From Octopus bimaculoides (Eukaryota): a stretch of DNA of 64,000 bases. The translations under genes were made by a program, and so were the position numbers. The notes under the pieces are model-generated. The model did no database searches. It saw nothing but the letters and a program-made list of their open reading frames with translations, and had not been told where the DNA came from. Each line of letters starts with the position of its first letter. The first letter of the stretch is position 1. The stretch covers positions 60,693,271 through 60,757,270 of the forward strand of contig NC_068987.1 in assembly GCF_001194135.2 (NCBI RefSeq). The letters are read 5' to 3'. Shown piece by piece: positions 23,873-36,590 of this stretch.

Positions 23873-26332
23873 ACAAACAGGAAGGTTAATGTCTAAGTAG
23901 AGAGATAAACAGATAGAAAGTTTATTTATATGGTTCTGTATATCTAACTCTTTGACTGTCTTGGAATTTGTCTATATTAAATTTCATATCTCAAAATTAC
24001 AGTGTTGCCAAGATTCTAATTCTTCTGTTGCTAATTCTTCATTATCTCTAATGATTCATTTGAATGAGAATTTTCATCTGTGCTGAAGAAGAATTTCTGC
24101 TAAGACATTTCTTTTAGTAAATTGCCTACCTCTAAACCATTTGTTTACAGACATCTTAGAAGAATCTCATGTGTGGCTGTGCGTACGTGATCTTAATTAT
24201 AAAATCTCTCTCTCTTGCTCACACACACACACACACACACATACACGCTCACACACAACTTAAATTCATTTCTATCAGATGACAGTTCCCAGGGCTAAAT
24301 ATTATTGCAGAATGTGTACTTTAATTAATGCGGCGGAAATTAAACATTTAACAAAAAAATTAATTATTTTCATTTGTATTTTATTTCTCAACACAAACTA
24401 AACAAATAAAAAAAAAAATGTTTACAACGAAATAAAAACACTACATTTTACTAATAAATCTGTATTACGCTCTCGGTGGTGTTTGTAGCTTTCCATCTTC
24501 CAACATGTTCTTTAGAAATGAATTAACCTTCACAACCAAGGTCATGCTGGAATACCACCTTAAAGGGTACATAAAGCCATCATCATCGTAGCCTCCTCAT
24601 TTCCACACTCACATGGATCTGACAGAATCTGTTGATTTAGAATTTCTACAGGCATATATCCTTTCTGCTGCCAATCCTTACCTGTTTCTCAGTAAGATAT
24701 TATTTCTTCATGGCTGAACATATTTTTGAGGAAGATTGGAAATGAAAGACATTGCTTGTATGACAGTGATGCCGTGTTACTAGCTAAAAATAGCAACTAA
24801 ACCTTTCTCAAAGGACACATTCAATAATGTAGTTGTAAGTATACTGCTTCTGAATATAGGATGGGATAATTCGTAGTGAGATACTTTCGCTATAGGTCTG
24901 CTTAATCAGGATTGACCTAGGGCTAAACAATGACATATACACAATGGCTGCTCATATCAGTCTGGTTGCTGTTGGTATTTGCAAAGCATCTGACTGTATC
25001 TAACATGAGAATCTTCTAGCCAAACACTCTGGATCCTGTCCATCTCTTGGATCAGAAGTGTAGTGGGTATGTTATTCATTTTAGTCAACCCCTAACTCAT
25101 TAATAGTCTCTGGAACCTTTGAGAATATTACTAAAGGATCTCAGCCATCATTAAAATCCTCATCACTATTTAACATCTGCTTTCTATTCTGGCATGAGAT
25201 GGGTGGTTTGACAGGAGCTGGCGAGCTAGAGGACTGTACCAAGTTCCACTGTCTATTTTATTCAGTTTTCTAAAACTGGATGCACTTCCTAATACCCATT
25301 ATTTTACAGAGTGCCTCAGGTGGTCTTTTTACATGGCATCAGCACCAATAAGGTCACTAAGTAACTTGTAAGACAAAACCCCCTTAACTGCTGAGAGGTA
25401 GCTTTGTGCCCTGTGATGATGGAGGGACAGAAACAGCTGTCTTGTTATTGAGGAGATACATGGCTACCCTAGTTAGAAAAGAGAGAGAGAGAGAAACAAT
25501 GTTGGTGAATGTGTTGTGGGGTATCTATAAGTGATGTGCTACAGAGGATTGGACAAGGTCCAACTGTTCAAGAGCAATATTATCTAGATTAAACTTTACC
25601 AGTCTTGATGGGCCTCTAAAGTCCAACGCAAAAATCAAATTATTGATGTCATTTCTGATGTTTTTGTTTTTATTTTCTCTTCTTTAGTCTTTTATTCAAA
25701 GTTAGATTATCTTTAACGATTACAGGTAAGTTTACCACCATCAATTCAACATGAAAGAAGTTCGCTATGAGGAAAGTTTACTGAGAGGATATATCCATAG
25801 TAACTCATCATTAATAGAATTATTTTATTGGGAAAAAACCAGTGAATTGATGATGGTGAACTTACCAGTCATGATTTTTAACAACAACAATAGTGTGTAA
25901 TCTGCTTGCTGAGTGTTGTTTGAACTTGATCATAAACCTGTTTACAGTTAGTGTTTCTTGATTGGTATAAATCAAGTTGCGATAATTTTCTTATTTCTTT
26001 AGCAGTTTATAAACACACAGAGTGGAAAACACTAAATAAAAGAGACCTACTTGCTCATAAAACTTCTTAACCCTTGACAACCAGCGTTGGTGTGTTTCTG
26101 TCCCAGTAATTAGTACTAGGGTTCAATTTGTTTGATTAAAATTCTTCATGTCAGTGCCCTAGTATGGCCACAGTGACTGAAACAAATTGAAAAAAAAAAA
26201 AAAAGCAAGCAAACTTTTCTTGGGTGAAGTAAAATATTGGATAAAATTGCAAAGCTGACTGTCCAAGACTATGTTTGATTCAGATCATAGCAAATCTAGT
26301 TACCTTTATTGCAGATGGCTATTCAGCTGAGT

Positions 26333-26561
26333 TTAATCCTTTAGCATTTAAACTGGCTATATCCAGCCAAAGCATTCCCCATATTTCGGGTTGAAACTAA
26401 CTAGATCTGGCCTCTCACAACTACCCTACAATGTCATTCTAAGAACAAAACGATCACATAATTGAAATCTTGAAACTACAAGATAATGCATGATTAATTC
26501 AAAATAATGTGAAAGAATAAGCATTACATTCGGCAGAGTAATCTGAATGCTAAAGGGTTAA
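26333..26561. mobile_element. piggyBac-type MITE, family 1
   Basis: TTAA|TCCTTTAGCATT ... AATGCTAAAGGG|TTAA. Confidence 0.85.
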
Positions 26562-26770
26562 ATCCTATCATTACCAGCTGCCCTTTTCATCTATCTTAGA
26601 TGCAAAGAGAGAGAGAGAGAGACACACACACATGCAATAGTTTTCATCTACTATATCTGCTCATTAGGCTTTGCTTGGCTCAAAGCTATAGACGACACTT
26701 GCCCAAGGTGCTACGCTGTGAGACTGAACTCAGAACCATGTGGTTGGGAAGCAAACTTCTCTCTACACCC

Positions 26771-26996
26771 TTAACCCTTTCGTTACCAACCTGGCTGAAA
26801 CCGGCTCTGGTTCTGTAGTACAAATGTCTTGTTTTCATAAGTTTTGAATTAAAATCTTCCACCAAACCTTAGTCACAATTTAAGTTCCTAACACTAGCTT
26901 AATGATAAAGTTATTTTACTAAATTCTTTGTTATTTTTAAAGTAATTGAAAGAAACACAAAGCATCTCAAAATAAATACAGTAACGAAAGGGTTAA
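26771..26996. mobile_element. piggyBac-type MITE, family 2 (best copy)
   Basis: TTAA|CCCTTTCGTTAC ... GTAACGAAAGGG|TTAA; perfect 12-bp TIR. Confidence 0.9.
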
Positions 26997-27644
26997 TGTA
27001 ATTCTCAGGCAGAATCATTATGACATTGTGTGTAACAAAATTGTACCTTTCAAATTACAGGTACAACCCACCCTTACAGGTTCTATCTGCCCAATTTCAT
27101 TTCCATCACCATCTTCATTATCTTTTCAGCCCACAATGATTAAAACTATTTTTTTCTCAATCCTTTAATCTTCAATAAGATTACTTCCCTATAGAATTTG
27201 TATCTTCATCCATCCAAGCACTCCCCCCCCTTTTTTTTTTGCAGGCACCAGCCCCAACATATTTAATCACTAGCTGCATTAATCTCACTTGTCTGAAGTC
27301 CTGCTGCACTGTTTCTAGGCACTGCACTACCAACAAACACCCACCCACACACATTATCTTTTACTTACTAACCATGAAACAGTTAATGAAGTGAAATGAT
27401 TTGCTCAGACAGAGATTGAACCAAATGTCAGATGCTTCAGCTACTGAGCTTTCAGTGACCCCTCAAACAGTCTACTGGAATTAACTGAGCCTTTTATCAA
27501 AAGAACATATTTGTGTTGTACTCTATTGAAAAGAGATCAGCCTTAATTAAACTCATTGTTATGGTCTCTGACATAAAACAGTGAACCAAGTAAAATGATT
27601 AGCTCAGACAAAAATTGAACCAAATGTCAGATGTTTCAGCTACT

Positions 27645-28092
27645 ATAGGCTCAGGAGTGGCTGTGTGGTAAGTAGCTTGCTTACCAACCGCATGGTTCTG
27701 GGTTTCAGTCCCACTGCGTGACACCTTGGGCAAGTGTCTTCTACTATAGCCTCGGGCTGACCAAAGCCTTGTGAATGGATTTGGTAGACGGAAACTGAAG
27801 GAAGTCCGTCGTATATATATGTATGTGTGTATATGTTTGTGTGTCTGTGTTTGTCCCCCACAACATCGCTTGACAACCGATGCTGGTGTGTTTACGTCCC
27901 CGTAACTTAGCGGTTCGGCAAAAGAGACCGATAGAATAAGTACTAGGCTTCCAAANNNNNNNNNNGGTTCGGCAAAAGAGACCGATAGAATAAGTACTAG
28001 GCTTCCAAAGAATCAGTCCTGGGGTCGATTTGCTCGACTAAAGGCGGTGCTCCAGCATGGCCACAGTCAAATGACTGAAACGAGTAAAAGAG
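27645..28092 (+). mobile_element. Young full-length SINE family A (CpGs retained; spans a 10-N gap)
   Basis: ataggctcaggagtggctgtgtggtaagtagc...gagtaaaagag; TACT duplicated at 27641-27644 and 28093-28096. Resembles the tRNA/CORE SINEs described from octopus; exact family name not verified. Confidence 0.92.
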
Positions 28093-28679
28093 TACTGAGT
28101 GTTCAGTGACCCCTTGCACAGTCTACTGATTGAACTGGGCCTTTTACCAAAAGAGCATATGTTGTACCCTGTCAAAAAGACATCAGCCTTAATTAAATTC
28201 ATTATTCTATTTATTTGTCTGAGCTAAGGTAACTCCATGTTAACTGAAGATTGTCTTTCCTCTTTTTTTTTTAGTCTATCACAGCATTGCACCAAAATCC
28301 TAGCACATCTGGTTTCTTTCATCTTGTTATTAATGCTTGAAATGTTAGACTATTTATTGAAAGAAATAATAAATAAATTGGAAAGTAAACTAAATTAGTT
28401 TTAAAATGTTTCATTTTTCACTATTTCTCTATTTCTGTCTTACTGTAAGCTTTGCTTGTCTAATAATAATGTCATCACATTTATGTAAAAAAAAATTTGC
28501 AAGGGAAGAAAATATTTATTTTTTTCATTCATTTATTTATTCTGTAGAGTTGGCATTAGTTTTGAAAGTATCTGTAAAATGCGATGTTTTTATTTGAATC
28601 TTTCATTGGACAAATTACTTGATTTGTTTTTTGTGTGTTTTTGCCACTATCCCCCCCACCCCAACCATATACAAGCTAG

Positions 28680-29050
28680 GCACAAGACATGGTTTCTATG
28701 TGGTTCAGAAGTTCATTTTGCAACCGTGTGGTTTTCAGTTCAGCCACACAGCACAGCACCTTGGGCAAGTATCTCCTACTATAGCCCCATGCCAACCAAT
28801 ACCTTGAGAGTGAATTCAGAAAAACAGAAGTGTGTAGAAGCCCATCCTGTGTGTGTGTGTTGTATATGGGCACTGGTATTGGTTTGTTTACAGCGCTGTA
28901 ACTTATTATTTCTGCAAAAGATTACTGAGAGAATAAGTCCAAGACTTAAAATCAAATACTGAAGTCGATTTGTTTGGCTTATCCTTTGATGGTGGTGCTG
29001 CATTATGGCTGCTGTCCAATGACTGAAACAAGTGTATAACAAGGAAAAAG
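28680..29050 (+). mobile_element. Full-length SINE family A (old)
   Basis: Head, core and tail 1 are recognisable. Confidence 0.8.
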
Positions 29051-29870
29051 AAGAGTGAAGATAATTTGGATTGATGACTTGTTGCCTTTTGGTAGCATTA
29101 TATATTTGACAGATTTATTAGTAATCACTCTTCTCCTTAAATCTCTCTCTCCATATATATNNNNNNNNNNNNNNNNNNNNNNNNNNNNNNNNNNNNNNNN
29201 NNNNNNNNNNNNNNNNNNNNNNNNNNNNNNNNNNNNNNNNNNNNNNNNNNNNNNNNNNNNNNNNNNNNNNNNNNNNNNNNNNNNNNNNNNNNNNNNNNNN
29301 NNNNNNNNNNNNNNNNNNNNNNNNNNNNNNNNNNNNNNNNNNNNNNNNNNNNNNNNNNNNNNNNNNNNNNNNNNNNNNNNNNNNNNNNNNNNNNNNNNNN
29401 NNNNNNNNNNNNNNNNNNNNNNNNNNNNNNNNNNNNNNNNNTATATATATGTGTGTGTGTGTGTGTCTGTGTGTCTGTGTCTGTGTTTGTCTCCCCACCA
29501 TCACTTGACAACCGATGTTGGTGTGTTTATGTCCCCATAAGATAGCAGTTTGGCAAAAGAGACCAATAGAATAAATACCATGCTAAAGTCGATTTCTACT
29601 AATCACTAACTTATAAGTGCATGTTTCGCATTGGGTTTTTTACAGATGAAACATAGGCCCTGTTGGAGTCAGTTCCATACCTAATCATTATATTTTGTAA
29701 TAGGGACTCTGAACGAGAGGGGATGATGCAAAGCGATCACCAAAAATGGCTGTGCGAAAGTTTTCAGCCACCTCACATAATCCAATCAAGATACAGTGTT
29801 TTAAAACAGAAAAACGTCTATAAGGAAAATTTATTACATAATGTTCATTTCAAGAAGTTACTGTACATTG

Positions 29871-30380
29871 TTAATATTTCGTGTGGCTTCCCTTAGCTTG
29901 AATAATTGCTTCAATGCGCCTGGGAAGAAATGCATACAAATCCTTCACCATCTTCACAGGTATCAGATGCCATTCTCTGTGACTGAGCTCCCACAACTCG
30001 TCAAGATTGCATGGATTCTTCAGACAAACACTTCTCTTTAGTTCTGTCCACATTTGCTCGATGATATTTAAGTCAAGGCTCTGAGCTGGTCAATCTTTCA
30101 ATATGGTAACGCCTTCATCACCTCGGCTTTGTTGTGTTGCACGGGATCTGTGGTATGGAGCTCCTTCATGCTGAAAAATCTCACCTTCATCCAAGTCTGG
30201 TATCAAATTGTCCTTCAGCAACTGAATGTATTTGGCTCTATTCAAGTTACTGTCAAATTTAACCAACTTTCTTGTCTCCCCAAAGCATCAGAGTCTTACC
30301 CCCAAATTTCACTATTTATGTCGTGTAACGTGGGTCATTTCGCTTTCTTGGAGGCATTCTGGTAAATTCTTGCTTATTAT
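29871..30380 (-). pseudogene. Tc1-family DDE transposase remnant
   Basis: VKFGGKTLMLWG...NLNRAKYIQLLKDNLIPDLDEGEIFQHEGAPYHRSRAT...D*PAQSLDLNIIEQMWTELK...RRIEAIIQAKGSHTKY; matches the FQQDNAPxH and WPxxSPDLNPIE motifs; cut off by a gap. Confidence 0.9.
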
Positions 30381-30866
30381 ATATATGTATACATATGTGT
30401 ATGTATATNNNNNNNNNNNNNNNNNNNNNNNNNNNNNNNNNNNNNNNNNNNNNNNNNNNNNNNNNNNNNNNNNNNNNNNNNNNNNNNNNNNNNNNNNNNN
30501 NNNNNNNNNNNNNNNNNNNNNNNNNNNNNNNNNNNNNNNNNNNNNNNNNNNNNNNNNNNNNNNNNNNNNNNNNNNNNNNNNNNNNNNNNNNNNNNNNNNN
30601 NNNNNNNNNNNNNNNNNNNNNNNNNNNNNNNNNNNNNNNNNNNNNNNNNNNNNNNNNNNNNNNNNNNNNNNNNNNNNNNNNNNNNNNNNNNNNNNNNNNN
30701 NNNNNNNNNNNNNNNNNNNNNNNNNNNNNNNNNNNNNNNNNNNNNNNNNNNNNNNNNNNNNNNNNNNNNNNNNNNNNNNNNNNNNNNNNNNNNNNNNNNN
30801 NNNNNNNNNNNNNNNNNNNNNNNNNNNNNNNNNNNNNNNNNNNNNNNNNNNNNNNNNNNNNNNNNN

Positions 30867-30903
<37 letters not shown>

Positions 30904-30908
30904 ATATG

Positions 30909-31275
30909 TGGCATTCTGTCGGTTACAACAATGAGGGTTCCAGTTGATCCAAACAATGGAACAGCCTGCTCATGAAATTAACGTGCAAGTGGCTGAGCAC
31001 TCCACAGACACATGTACCCTTAACATATTTCTTGGGGAGATGCAGCGTGACATGGCTGGCCCTTTGAAATAGAGGTACAACAGATACAGGAAGAAAGAGT
31101 GAGAGAAAGTTGTGGTGAAAGAGTACAGCAGGGTTCACCACCACCCCCTGCTAGGGCCTTGTGGAGCTTTAGGTGTTTATGCTCAATAAACACTCACAAC
31201 GCCCGGTTTGGGAATCGAAACCATGATCCTACGACTGTAAGTCCGCTGTCTTAACCACTGGGCCATTGCGCCTCC
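30909..31275 (-). mobile_element. tRNA-derived SINE family D
   Basis: ggaggcgcaatggcccagtggttaag head and gtttcgattccc B-box; homologous copy at 39809-40179. Confidence 0.88.
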
Positions 31276-31288
31276 ACACACAGATATA

Positions 31289-31350
<62 letters not shown>

Positions 31351-31642
31351 TATTAGAATAAGGAGGAAATGGAGAGGTAATTAATAAAATATTATTTATT
31401 AATTATAAAATATGACAGCATCTCTGGCAGCAGTTTCGATTCAGTAATCTTTAGATAATTGATTTATAAAATTAAAATCATTACAAGATGAATCTCTTCA
31501 GAGGTATTAAAGATATACCGATTAGAAATACTTGTTAAGATAACAGCTATAAACCATTAACTGATAGCATATATACAAAATGAGCCAGTTATAGAAGGCC
31601 TCAATCCAACATAGAGGGAGAAGGTAGTGTATATTCTATGTC

Positions 31643-32439
31643 TATCAGAAAGGGATAAATAATTTCTAAATATAATAATAATAATAACTTATTGTTTATG
31701 TTTACGATAATAATGAAATAAAATTTAATGTAAATAAATAAATAGAAAGTCTAGAATAAGATGGAAAGAGAAATATCAAAATCATTAACTTCTTTATTAT
31801 CCTCGATTGTTTTTAGTTTTATTTATTTATTTTTATATTTTATTTTATATATTTTATTTAGTACTACACTGTGCCAAATTAATAGCATATTGAGCTGATT
31901 GCTAATTCACTGCTTAAATACACAAATATATTATTATTACCTCTGATTACATTTTCAGATATGCCCCTGTTGAAAGTTGTTCTGGCTTTGCTGTCTTTAT
32001 ATATATTTTTCCCCTACATCCCTGCTATACATGAAGGCATTTTACGTAATTCAATGTCATTTATTTTATTTTATTTTCAATTTACTTATATATAAGTATT
32101 TCCTCTTACATAATGTTTATTTTCCTAATAATTCTTTTGTCCCCTTAAGCATGTTTCGTTGCATATTTAATTCTGGTTTCTCTCAGGGAATGCTGTATCC
32201 CTGAAATTTAAAAATTTTTTCCCTTTCCAATAGTTTATTATCATTGTTTTTTACCTCAAAGGCTTGAAATAAATTTTCTTAAGGGATGCAAGGATATATA
32301 ATGCATTTTGATATTTTTTCTTTAAATCTTATTCTAAACTTTCTATTTATCTATTTACATTAAATTTAATTTCATTATTAGATAATAATAATGAAATAAG
32401 TTATTATTATATTTAGAAATTATTTATCCCTTTTTGATA
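31643..32439. repeat. ~135-bp AT-rich inverted repeat with ~520-bp spacer
   Basis: 31643-31782 is approximately the reverse complement of 32305-32439. Confidence 0.8.
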
Positions 32440-33204
32440 ACTTCGGTTAATATATAATTGCCACGATTTGCTTCTACTTGGTTTAAATTTTTTGTATTGC
32501 AGTATTATAGATAATTATGATATTATATGGCATTATTATATATTTATATATATATTTNNNNNNNNNNNNNNNNNNNNNNNNNNNNNNNNNNNNNNNNNNN
32601 NNNNNNNNNNNNNNNNNNNNNNNNNNNNNNNNNNNNNNNNNNNNNNNNNNNNNNNNNNNNNNNNNNNNNNNNNNNNNNNNNNNNNNNNNNNNNNNNNNNN
32701 NNNNNNNNNNNNNNNNNNNNNNNNNNNNNNNNNNNNNNNNNNNNNNNNNNNNNNNNNNNNNNNNNNNNNNNNNNNNNNNNNNNNNNNNNNNNNNNNNNNN
32801 NNNNNNNNNNNNNNNNNNNNNNNNNNNNNNNNNNNNNNNNNNNNNNNNNNNNNNNNNNNNNNNNNNNNNNNNNNNNNNNNNNNNNNNNNNNNNNNNNNNN
32901 NNNNNNNNNNNNNNNNNNNNNNNNNNNNNNNNNNNNNNNNNNNNNNNNNNNNNNNNNNNNNNNNNNNNNNNNNNNNNNNNNNNNNNNNNNNNNNNNNNNN
33001 NNNNNNNNNNNNNNNNNNNNNNNNNNNNNNNNNNNNNNNNNNNNNNNNNNNNNNNNNNNNNNNNNNNNNNNNNNNNNNNNNNNNNNNNNNNNNNNNNNNN
33101 NNNNNNNNNNNNNNNNNNNNNNNNNNNNNNNNNNNNNNNNNNNNNNNNNNNNNNNNNNNNNNNNNNNNNNNNNNNNTATATAATGGGGCTTTTTTACTCC
33201 TGAC

Positions 33205-33884
33205 ATGAATGTCTATGCATCTGCAGGCATCACTTCAATTAAATCAATGATTCTGAAAAATCAAATGAGATGATCTGGCGATATTGTTCGAATGGTGGAT
33301 GAACACACACCCAAACAGCTGTTTTGGGGCAAGCGCTTACAGAGGGGAAACGCAATCGGTGTAAAACTAAAAATAGGTTTAAGGATGGCATAAGGACTAC
33401 CATAAAGTCACTTGGAATGGATCCAGAGGCAATAGAAACCCTTGCTTCGGATTGAGCTGGATGGCAAACAAAAGTGTACAGTGGAGTGAAAGGTTTTGAG
33501 AAGGCCAGAATGACACATGCAACACTTGAGAAATTTAAAGATGTTGCGATCAAGAAGGTGAATCTTAAGTGACTTCTTTGTGTGCACAGTTTGTTACAGA
33601 CCATGCCTTTCTTTTGCTAGGCTCAAATCTCATTTGCAAACCCATGAAAAACGAACTTCCACCAACTACTCTGCCTATATAAATGTGAGCACCTTTCAAT
33701 GTTGTTTATGCCATAAGGTCTGAAAATGTAATGGATTTTAAGACATTTTATGATCCAGAAAGATCAGAACTTAACTGCTGCTCTTGGTGATCTAAGTCAG
33801 ATGGGCAATCTATGTTGGTGTCTTTTCAATACAATGCCTGGTTTAAAAAGCCACATCAGACGCCATGATGGATCTAAGGTATAA
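33205..33884 (+). mobile_element. RTE (BovB-like) LINE 3' ORF remnant with three C-terminal C2H2-like fingers
   Basis: SAGITSIKSMILKNQMR*SGDIVRMVDEHTPKQLFWG..., followed by CTVCYRPCLSFARLKSHLQTH, CCLCHKV*KCNGL-RH and NLCWCLFNTMPGLKSHIRRH. Confidence 0.85.
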
Positions 33885-35954
33885 GTACAAGTGGTGGTCA
33901 GACTCTGCATGAGGAGTAGACAACTGCCATGTGTGTGTGTTGATATCATCAGGTAGCCGAATACAGTGAATGGGCTTGAAACGGCATACTACAAGGTGTA
34001 TACCAAAATTTAAAATTATTACTTATATAATTGAATAAGTAGGAGTCAATAAGGAGTACAGTTGGACATTTATTTGCAATCACTACAATTGTTTCTATGC
34101 GTTGTTGTTCTCCAGGCTTGTGTAATGCTACTACTGGATAGCACAGGGTGAAATCTGAAGGTGGGCACGCTTTATACTGTACTCTGCTTCATTCTTAACA
34201 GAATATAACACAACTATATATATATATATATATATNNNNNNNNNNNNNNNNNNNNNNNNNNNNNNNNNNNNNNNNNNNNNNNNNNNNNNNNNNNNNNNNN
34301 NNNNNNNNNNNNNNNNNNNNNNNNNNNNNNNNNNNNNNNNNNNNNNNNNNNNNNNNNNNNNNNNNNNNNNNNNNNNNNNNNNNNNNNNNNNNNNNNNNNN
34401 NNNNNNNNNNNNNNNNNNNNNNNNNNNNNNNNNNNNNNNNNNNNNNNNNNNNNNNNNNNNNNNNNACAAAAAGACTACCAAAAACACATAACTAAAATAG
34501 TATTTCCTTGTGATGGTATTTATTTCATTCTTATTTCTTGGTTGATACTAATCACTTCAGTTTATGCCTGGAGGTTTAAGAAAAACATTAGAGAAAACCA
34601 CCTCTACTACCACCCTAAAAAAGAGTTCTTTTTACTCATCCATCAAGTTTATAATTGAACAGGATAAAAAGTGTTAGTGGTATCTTGGTTGTTGAATATT
34701 TTTGTTTTTTTGGGGAGGTGTTTTTATTTTTTTCTGCAGAAGTAATTTGTCTTGAAAACTTTGTAGTATTGAAAAATTTGGCTTTGTCACTTTGGATTAA
34801 TGGTTTACATGCAGAAAGCATGTAAAGTGATAGAGTGCTGGAATAATCATACTAAAATAAGAAGTGGTGGGGAATATTAAAAAAAATAAACTCTAAAAAT
34901 TAAACCACTATAGCAGAACATACAAGGAAGAAGAGTGATGAGAGTTCAAGATAGAAATCTTTGGCTAGAATATTAAATTTAGAGAGAATAAGCCAGTGAG
35001 TAACTGCCAAGAAGTTAGTAGAATGGATAGCTTTTTTTTGGAGTCAACAAAGATGCCTTTTGAGCCAACTGAATAATTTTTACATATTCATTTAACCTAT
35101 TCAGTATGGCAGTCAGGTTTCTCTTTAGCGATATCCTCACTAGCATTAAAATGGAAATTGTGGATTTCGAGAATTAAATCTTGTCACTTAAAAGATCTGG
35201 TAGCCATGTTGATCAAGTGATTTGTTTAGTCATCTGATATTTGTCTTTTAGGTCTGCTCAAGATGATCTGACTTTTGCTATGTAGCAACAATGTTTCAAA
35301 CTAACAAGGGTAACGCCTACATGATCATTTGAAATAGCAGCCAAATCTCCCTCAAATCACACCCTATCATCTTTTGCAAAAAAAAGACAAAAAAAATGGA
35401 AGGCAGCATTGGAGAATGTAGTCCTAAGTATACTCTGCCTGAATAAAAGAAGTCACAAATGCAATGTCTTGAACCTAGGTCAACTTAATCAGGACTGACC
35501 TAGGGTTAAACCACATTAACAACATTCAACAGTGAGGGAATTGTGAAGCATATATTCATTTATGTGACCTGGTTAAATTACTGCTAAATTTTAGAAACTG
35601 TTCCTTAGTTAATAAATCACAGGTCTTGTACCAAAATTTGAAACCAATATCAGCATTTTATCTATTTGTTATGTAGAATATACGTTATGAGAGGAGCAGT
35701 ATTTTTCTGGGTGGTTATTGTTTTATATCTGTTTGAGTTGTGCTTATTGAATTGAAAGTATAATGCATAGGATGTAGGTTTTTCCTAGAAGGCCTATATA
35801 TTTCACTGTGTAGAATTATAAGTAATTGTATGCCTATTGTATTTTTAACATTTCTTGTTTTTAAGGTTGTGCCCCAGCATGACCACAGTCAAATGACTGA
35901 AACAGATAAAAGATAAAATGGGTACAATAAAGAGTACTTGTCTCCTTTGTCTAA

Positions 35955-36470
35955 AAATTTCTCCTTTGCTTTCTAGATTTTAAACACACCTTGAGGAAAT
36001 TCTCAACTCTTGATAGCTAGAATTTATCTCCTTATCTCCTTGCTTGTTTTTTAGATTTTAAACACTTGTAGAGAAAGCTTTTTTCTCTTAAAGGTTTGGG
36101 TTTATCTCCATTGCTTGTTCTTTAAGATTTTAAACATTCTTAGAGGGAGTTTTTCTTCTCTTGAGTACTAGGATTTATCTTGCTTGTTATCTGATTTTAA
36201 CCCTTTAGTACTTATACCGGCCATATCTGGCCAAAATATTCTACCTGTTTTATATTCAAACTGGTCAGATATGGTCTTTCATATCTACCTGACAGTGTCA
36301 TTTTAAAAATAAACAATCACATCATTGAGATCTCAAAGCCATGAAATAATGCATGATTAATTTAAAGTGGTGTAAAATGCATAAGCTTTACATTTGACAG
36401 AATAATCTGAATGCTAAAGGATTAAAGTTTTTTAGTGGGAGTTTTTATCTCCTAATTGGTAGGATATACT
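35955..36470. repeat. ~67-bp tandem repeat (4-5 units) interrupted by a piggyBac MITE
   Basis: Units tttatctccttgcttgtt..tagattttaaacac..; MITE at 36197-36425 sits in the TTAA of one unit. Confidence 0.7.
36197..36425. mobile_element. piggyBac-type MITE, family 1
   Basis: TTAA|CCCTTTAGTA ... TGCTAAAGGA|TTAA. Confidence 0.85.
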
Positions 36471-36533
36471 CAGCTGATGAAAGATTTTTCATCCCACTAT
36501 ACTTATGCAACATGCTTACTGTATATATATCAC

Positions 36534-36590
<57 letters not shown>

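Noticed and set aside
27911-28005. Apparent 45-bp tandem duplication inside the SINE
   Set aside because: The two copies flank a 10-N gap and are identical, consistent with an unmerged contig overlap.
29055-34487. Long ORFs of 118-249 aa in the ORF track
   Set aside because: They read through N-gaps (29161-29440, 30409-30866, 32558-33176, 34236-34465) and TA repeats, so they are artefacts.
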